Positions 58,441-64,000 of a stretch of 64,000 nt of DNA are shown piece by piece. The translations under genes and the position numbers were made by a program. The notes beneath the pieces are model-generated. The model was not told the origin of the DNA. It did no database searches and saw nothing but the letters and a program-made list of their open reading frames with translations. Position 1 is the stretch's first letter. Each line of letters starts with the position of its first letter. The DNA comes from Longimicrobiales bacterium. Lineage in GTDB: Bacteria; Gemmatimonadota; Gemmatimonadetes; Longimicrobiales; Gaopeijiaceae. The stretch is taken from positions 1,184,001 through 1,248,000 of the forward strand of contig CBDFMQ010000002.1 of the NCBI GenBank assembly GCA_965249725.1, in the 5' to 3' direction.

Positions 58441-60360
58441 CTACCCGAGCGCCCTAGACTCCGCCTCCTGGACCAGGTCCGCAACGAACTCCGCCCGATC
58501 CCGAACCTCCTGCTTCTTCCCGTCGCCCCGCTTCCGAACCGCCACGGTACCCGCCTCGGCCTCGCGCTCCCCGATCACGGCCATATAAGGCACCTTGTGC
58601 ACCTCGGCATCGCGGATCCGGTAGCCGAGCGTCTCCCGGCTCACCACCTCGCGACGGATACCGGCGGCGGTCAAATCGGCCGCGAACTCCTCGGCCGAGG
58701 CGATCCACTGCTCCGAGATCGGCAGCACGCGCACCTGCTCGGGCGCCAGCCACAACGGGAACGCTCCCGCGTAGTGCTCGATGAGCCCACCCACGAACCG
58801 CTCCATGGAGCCCACGAGTACTCGGTGCAGCATGACCGGGCGATGGCGCTCGTTGTCCTCGCCGACGTACTCGAGCTGGAATCGCTCTGGAAGATTGAAG
58901 TCGAGCTGAACGGTGGGACCCTGCCACTTGCGTCCGATCGCGTCGATGAGCTTGAAGTCGAGCTTGGGTCCGTAGAAGGCACCTCCCCCGATGTCGTACT
59001 CGAAGGGGATATCCCGGGCCTCCAAGGCATCCGCCAACATCTTCACGGCCGAGTCCCATTCCTCCTCGGTACCCAGGGCCTTCTCTTCGGGCTTGGTGGC
59101 CAACTCGATGGTGTATGGGTACCCGAAGGCCGCGAGCATCTCGTCTACGAGATCGACCAGACGGTTGATCTCGTCGGTGACCTGCTCCGGCGTACAGAAC
59201 ACGTGAGCGTCATCCTGTGTGAACCCGCGAACGCGCAGCATTCCGTGAAGCACACCGCTCCGCTCATAGCGGTAGACGGTACCGAATTCGGCCATTCGGA
59301 TCGGGAGGTCCCGATAGGAGCGTTGATCGGCCTCGTAGATCGCGATGTGCCCAGGGCAGTTCATGGGCTTGGGTCGATATGAAGCGCCCTCCACCTCCAT
59401 CGCCCCAAACATGCCTTCCTTGAAGTTCTCGAGGTGCCCCGAGATCTCGAACATCTTCTCGCTCATGATGTGGGGGGTGTAGACGAGGTCGTATCCGTGC
59501 CTCACCACCAACTCGCGCTCGAAGGTTTCGATCTCGGTCCGGATTACGGAGCCCTTCGGGTGCCAGAGGATGAGGCCCGGGCCCACCCGTGGGTCGGTCG
59601 AGAACAGATCCAGCTCCCGTCCAAGGACACGGTGATCCCGCTTCTTGGCCTCTTCCAGTTGCTCCAGGTGGTCGGTGAGATGCTGTTTCTTGAAGAACGC
59701 CGTTCCATAGATGCGCTGGAGCATCTGGCGATTCTCGTCACCCCTCCAGTACGCCCCTGCCCCGGACAACAGCTTGAAGTGCTTCAGCCGTCCGGTCGAA
59801 GGCACGTGCGGCCCCCGGCACAGATCGAGAAACGGGCCGTCCCGGTAGACCGAGATGATCTCGTCGTCATCGAACTCCTCTAGACGCTCCAGCTTCAAGG
59901 CATCGTCCGCGAAGAGTTCACGCGCTTCCTCGGTCGTCACGACCTGGCGCTCGAAGGCGTAGTCGGCACTGGTCACCTCGGCCATCTTGGCCTCGAAGGT
60001 CTCCAGGTCCTCCGGAGTAAACGGCTCGTCGACCTCGAAGTCGTAGTAGAACCCGTCGTCGATGGACGGTCCGAAACCGATGCCGGCACCGGGACGCAGC
60101 TCACGTACGGCGGTGGCCAGCACGTGCGCCGCGGAATGCCGCAAGAGAGCCAGAGCATCCGGGTCCCGCTCGGTGATGATCCGGAGGCTGGTGTCGGACT
60201 CGATGGCATGAAAGAGGTCGACGGTCTCGCCGTCTACCACACCTGCCAAGGCCGCCTTGGCCAATCCCGGGCCGATCGCCGCCGCAACATCACCGACGGT
60301 GGATCCCTCGGGCGCTTCCAGGACCGTCCCGTCCGGGAGGGTGACCTTGATATCTGCCAT
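58441..60360 (-). CDS. thrS: Threonine--tRNA ligase
   Basis: RHSAAH, DLCRGPH, KRDHR, KPMNCPGH, RVRGFTQDDAH, FYGPKLD, QLDFNLPERF. Confidence 0.98.
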   Translation of the reverse strand: MADIKVTLPDGTVLEAPEGSTVGDVAAAIGPGLAKAALAGVVDGETVDLFHAIESDTSLRIITERDPDALALLRHSAAHVLATAVRELRPGAGIGFGPSIDDGFYYDFEVDEPFTPEDLETFEAKMAEVTSADYAFERQVVTTEEARELFADDALKLERLEEFDDDEIISVYRDGPFLDLCRGPHVPSTGRLKHFKLLSGAGAYWRGDENRQMLQRIYGTAFFKKQHLTDHLEQLEEAKKRDHRVLGRELDLFSTDPRVGPGLILWHPKGSVIRTEIETFERELVVRHGYDLVYTPHIMSEKMFEISGHLENFKEGMFGAMEVEGASYRPKPMNCPGHIAIYEADQRSYRDLPIRMAEFGTVYRYERSGVLHGMLRVRGFTQDDAHVFCTPEQVTDEINRLVDLVDEMLAAFGYPYTIELATKPEEKALGTEEEWDSAVKMLADALEARDIPFEYDIGGGAFYGPKLDFKLIDAIGRKWQGPTVQLDFNLPERFQLEYVGEDNERHRPVMLHRVLVGSMERFVGGLIEHYAGAFPLWLAPEQVRVLPISEQWIASAEEFAADLTAAGIRREVVSRETLGYRIRDAEVHKVPYMAVIGEREAEAGTVAVRKRGDGKKQEVRDRAEFVADLVQEAESRALG

Positions 60361-60459
60361 GGTCGTTCAGTTCCGCTTGGTTAATACCGCCGCCGGCTAT
60401 GCCACTGCCTCGGGGCGGTCGAAAAAAGGTAGTGCAGTCCTGACGAAAAGCCACCACCT

Positions 60460-60500
60460 GAAAAGGCGACGGCCCGGCCACCAATTGGTGACCGGGCCGC
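60460..60500 (-). terminator. groEL terminator
   Basis: mRNA CGGCCCGGUCACCA-AU-UGGUGGCCGGGCCG followed by UCGCCUUUUC. Confidence 0.7.
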
Positions 60501-60587
60501 GCCGAGACCGTGGGCGCATCCTCTCGAGATCCCCATGGGGTCTCTCGAGAGTCAGTGCCGCCCCAACACTCGCGTGTCGGAGAGTCC

Positions 60588-62222
<1,635 letters not shown>

Positions 62223-62389
62223 CTACTTACTCCTAAACGCTATAGAAAAAAATGCGATCAAAAAGGTCCTGAGAGCGTTCAAATCGGATGCCGCGGTAGG
62301 AGGGCGAAGGAGGGGCCCCGAAGGCGTACCAGAGGTACGTCACAGGGTACCCGACGAGCCCGACACCGCGCGGCGCCGATTTCAACGCT

Positions 62390-62695
62390 CTACCCAATGA
62401 CGGCCAGGATGTCTGACTCGCGTAGGATGAGGAAATCCTCCCCATCGATCGTCACGTCGGTACCGCTGTACTTGCCGTAGAGGACCGTCTGTCCGACCTC
62501 GACATCGAGTTCGATCCGCTCGTTCTCGTCCGACAGCTTGCCTGGTCCTGCCGCCACGATCTTGCCCTGCTGTGGCTTCTCCTTTGCGGTATCCGGAATG
62601 TAGAGGCCCCCACGCATCTGCTCGTCATCTTCGAGCGGGGTCACCACTACTCGGTCCGCAAGCGGCTTGATCTTGGTCGCAGCCTTCGTCGACAT
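62390..62695 (-). CDS. groS: Co-chaperonin GroES
   Basis: [37 protein letters not shown]. Confidence 0.98.
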   Translation of the reverse strand: MSTKAATKIKPLADRVVVTPLEDDEQMRGGLYIPDTAKEKPQQGKIVAAGPGKLSDENERIELDVEVGQTVLYGKYSGTDVTIDGEDFLILRESDILAVIG

Positions 62696-62745
62696 CCGAA
62701 ATGCCTCCTGCTAACTGGTTGGGTCACATGAAGTTCGGGATCTTG

Positions 62746-62772
62746 TTAGCACTCGTGTGCAAGGAGTGCTAA
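62746..62772. promoter_or_regulatory. CIRCE element (HrcA operator)
   Basis: Perfect TTAGCACTC-N9-GAGTGCTAA upstream of groS. Confidence 0.97.
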
Positions 62773-62782
62773 TCAGGCTTAG

Positions 62783-62810
62783 AATCTACCACCCCGGTGT
62801 GACATGTCAA
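62783..62810 (-). promoter_or_regulatory. Housekeeping-sigma promoter of groESL
   Basis: TTGACA-16 nt-TAGATT with TG one base upstream of the -10, directly before CIRCE. Confidence 0.75.
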
Positions 62811-62885
62811 CACGGGAACCGTGGGGAAGAACGCGGGCTCCGGGCTTAGCGACCCGTTGTCGAAACCCGCTGTGGATAGCCTGCG

Positions 62886-63662
62886 TCAGCCTCGGAGGGT
62901 ACGCCCTGCCAACGCGAGCCCGTAGAGGGTGAGGAAGGGCTCGATATGGTCCACGGTTTCGGCATGCGGCCCGATGACCTCGGCATACCCTCCGGTGGCC
63001 ACGACGTACACGTCCGGGCGGCCCCACTCACTCTGGATACGCCTCACGATGCCATCGACGGCGTCCACCGCCGAATAGAACACCCCGCTGCGGATGCACT
63101 CCTCGGTCCGGCGCCCGATCACCTGATCGGGGGGACCCAACTCGACGTTCGGGAGCTTGGCCGTCTTCTTGCCCAACCAATCCAAGCCCGCCTGGATGCC
63201 CTGCGATATGACACCGCCATGGAAGACCCCGTCCGCAGTAATGCAGTCGAACGTGGTCGCGGTCCCCAGGTCGACAGCGATCGTATCGCGGCCGTACATC
63301 ACCTTCGCGGCTAGCGTATTCACGATCCGGTCCGCCCCCACCGTAAGGGGTTCGTCCACGTCTAGTTCGATGGGGAGAGGGCTTTGCGCGGTCACCACTG
63401 CGGGAGGCTCGTCGCAGATCCGGGTCAGCGTGTCGGTGATGATACCCGTCGCCGACGGCACCACCGATCCAAGTACGGTCATACCCACGTCTTCGGAACT
63501 GAAGCCACGACCGGCCAGCAGTGCCCGCAGAACCAGTTCGTATTCGTCCACGGTTCGCGGAACCGTCGTACTCACACGCCAATGGGCCGCCAACTCGAGC
63601 CCCCCCGGCCGTACGAGTCCGAGGACCGTCTCGCTGTTCCCCACATCGATGACCAAGTCCAT
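62886..63662 (-). CDS. coaX: Type III pantothenate kinase
   Basis: IDVGNS, GSVVP, VGADR, DLGTATTFD, ATGG. Confidence 0.95.
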   Translation of the reverse strand: MDLVIDVGNSETVLGLVRPGGLELAAHWRVSTTVPRTVDEYELVLRALLAGRGFSSEDVGMTVLGSVVPSATGIITDTLTRICDEPPAVVTAQSPLPIELDVDEPLTVGADRIVNTLAAKVMYGRDTIAVDLGTATTFDCITADGVFHGGVISQGIQAGLDWLGKKTAKLPNVELGPPDQVIGRRTEECIRSGVFYSAVDAVDGIVRRIQSEWGRPDVYVVATGGYAEVIGPHAETVDHIEPFLTLYGLALAGRTLRG

Positions 63663-63707
63663 CTCTTCTCTCCACTCGAGTGCATCTCGACTAGCTGGCA
63701 ACGGGGC

Positions 63708-64000
63708 CTAGACGATACTGACCCCCCCGCCCCGGATCGTATGCCGGGTGCCTCCGGTCTCTATCAGCAGCGCTCCATCCGAGGCCAGGCCGACGGCTCG
63801 TCCCTCCCGCCCCGTATCGGTACGGACGGTCTGCCCCGCTAGAGCATCCCGTGAACGGAGTTCATCACGCAACCCCTGATCCAGTTCCCCCGGAAGGGGA
63901 TCGAGCAGATCGATGGCCTCCCCGAGCACGGTCCCCGCCAACTCTACACGCGATATCTCCTGGCACCCACCGGCCGTCAGAGACGTCGCAGTGTCCCTCA
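63708..64000 (-). CDS. birA: Biotin--protein ligase, C-terminal part (runs off right edge)
   Basis: 'RDALAGQTV..GRAVGLASDGALLIE..IRGGGVS' BPL_C pattern; birA-coaX synteny. Confidence 0.8.
   Translation of the reverse strand, partial: RDTATSLTAGGCQEISRVELAGTVLGEAIDLLDPLPGELDQGLRDELRSRDALAGQTVRTDTGREGRAVGLASDGALLIETGGTRHTIRGGGVSIV

Noticed and set aside
60361..60460. T-box riboswitch upstream of thrS
   Set aside because: No T-box consensus, and too little room between the groEL terminator and the start codon.

Overview
A GC-rich bacterial chromosome segment, most likely from a Gemmatimonadota (Longimicrobiales-like) genome. That placement is inferred from a HEAT-type 'MYPPGHP' protein, a Ser/Thr kinase fused to a TolB-like propeller, and a GlnRS-YqeY fusion. 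The right half (39-64 kb) is mostly housekeeping genes on the minus strand: birA, coaX, groES/EL with a perfect CIRCE, thrS, infC-rpmI-rplT, pheST, zapBA, rny, folD, xseAB, ispA, dxs, nadK, recN; tRNA-Gly and tRNA-Cys lie just left of this block. The left half is accessory metabolism: ybbAP/tesA, a Rho with a Q/N/RG-rich N-terminal tail, a Tat-exported PLP enzyme, a histidine-utilisation operon, a DUF1538/P-II/RCK/antiporter cluster, transporters and hydrolases. Main observations: (1) the hut operon is headed by a hidden AhpD-like selenoprotein (CFY-UGA, CxxU, with a SECIS-like hairpin) that the ORF track splits in two and whose stop overlaps the hutH start; (2) the FTCD of the same operon carries an inserted C2H2 zinc-finger pattern; (3) a candidate nucleotide-regulated ion-transport module (tandem DUF1538, two P-II-like proteins, RCK_C, CPA1 antiporter with cNMP domain); (4) a fused phytol-kinase/DUF92 enzyme; (5) several non-coding structures (infC attenuator with AUC start, antisense tRNA-like repeats, MITE-like element, sigma-54 site). 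No CRISPR array, rRNA or intact mobile element was seen. All family calls come from motif recognition by eye, not database searches.
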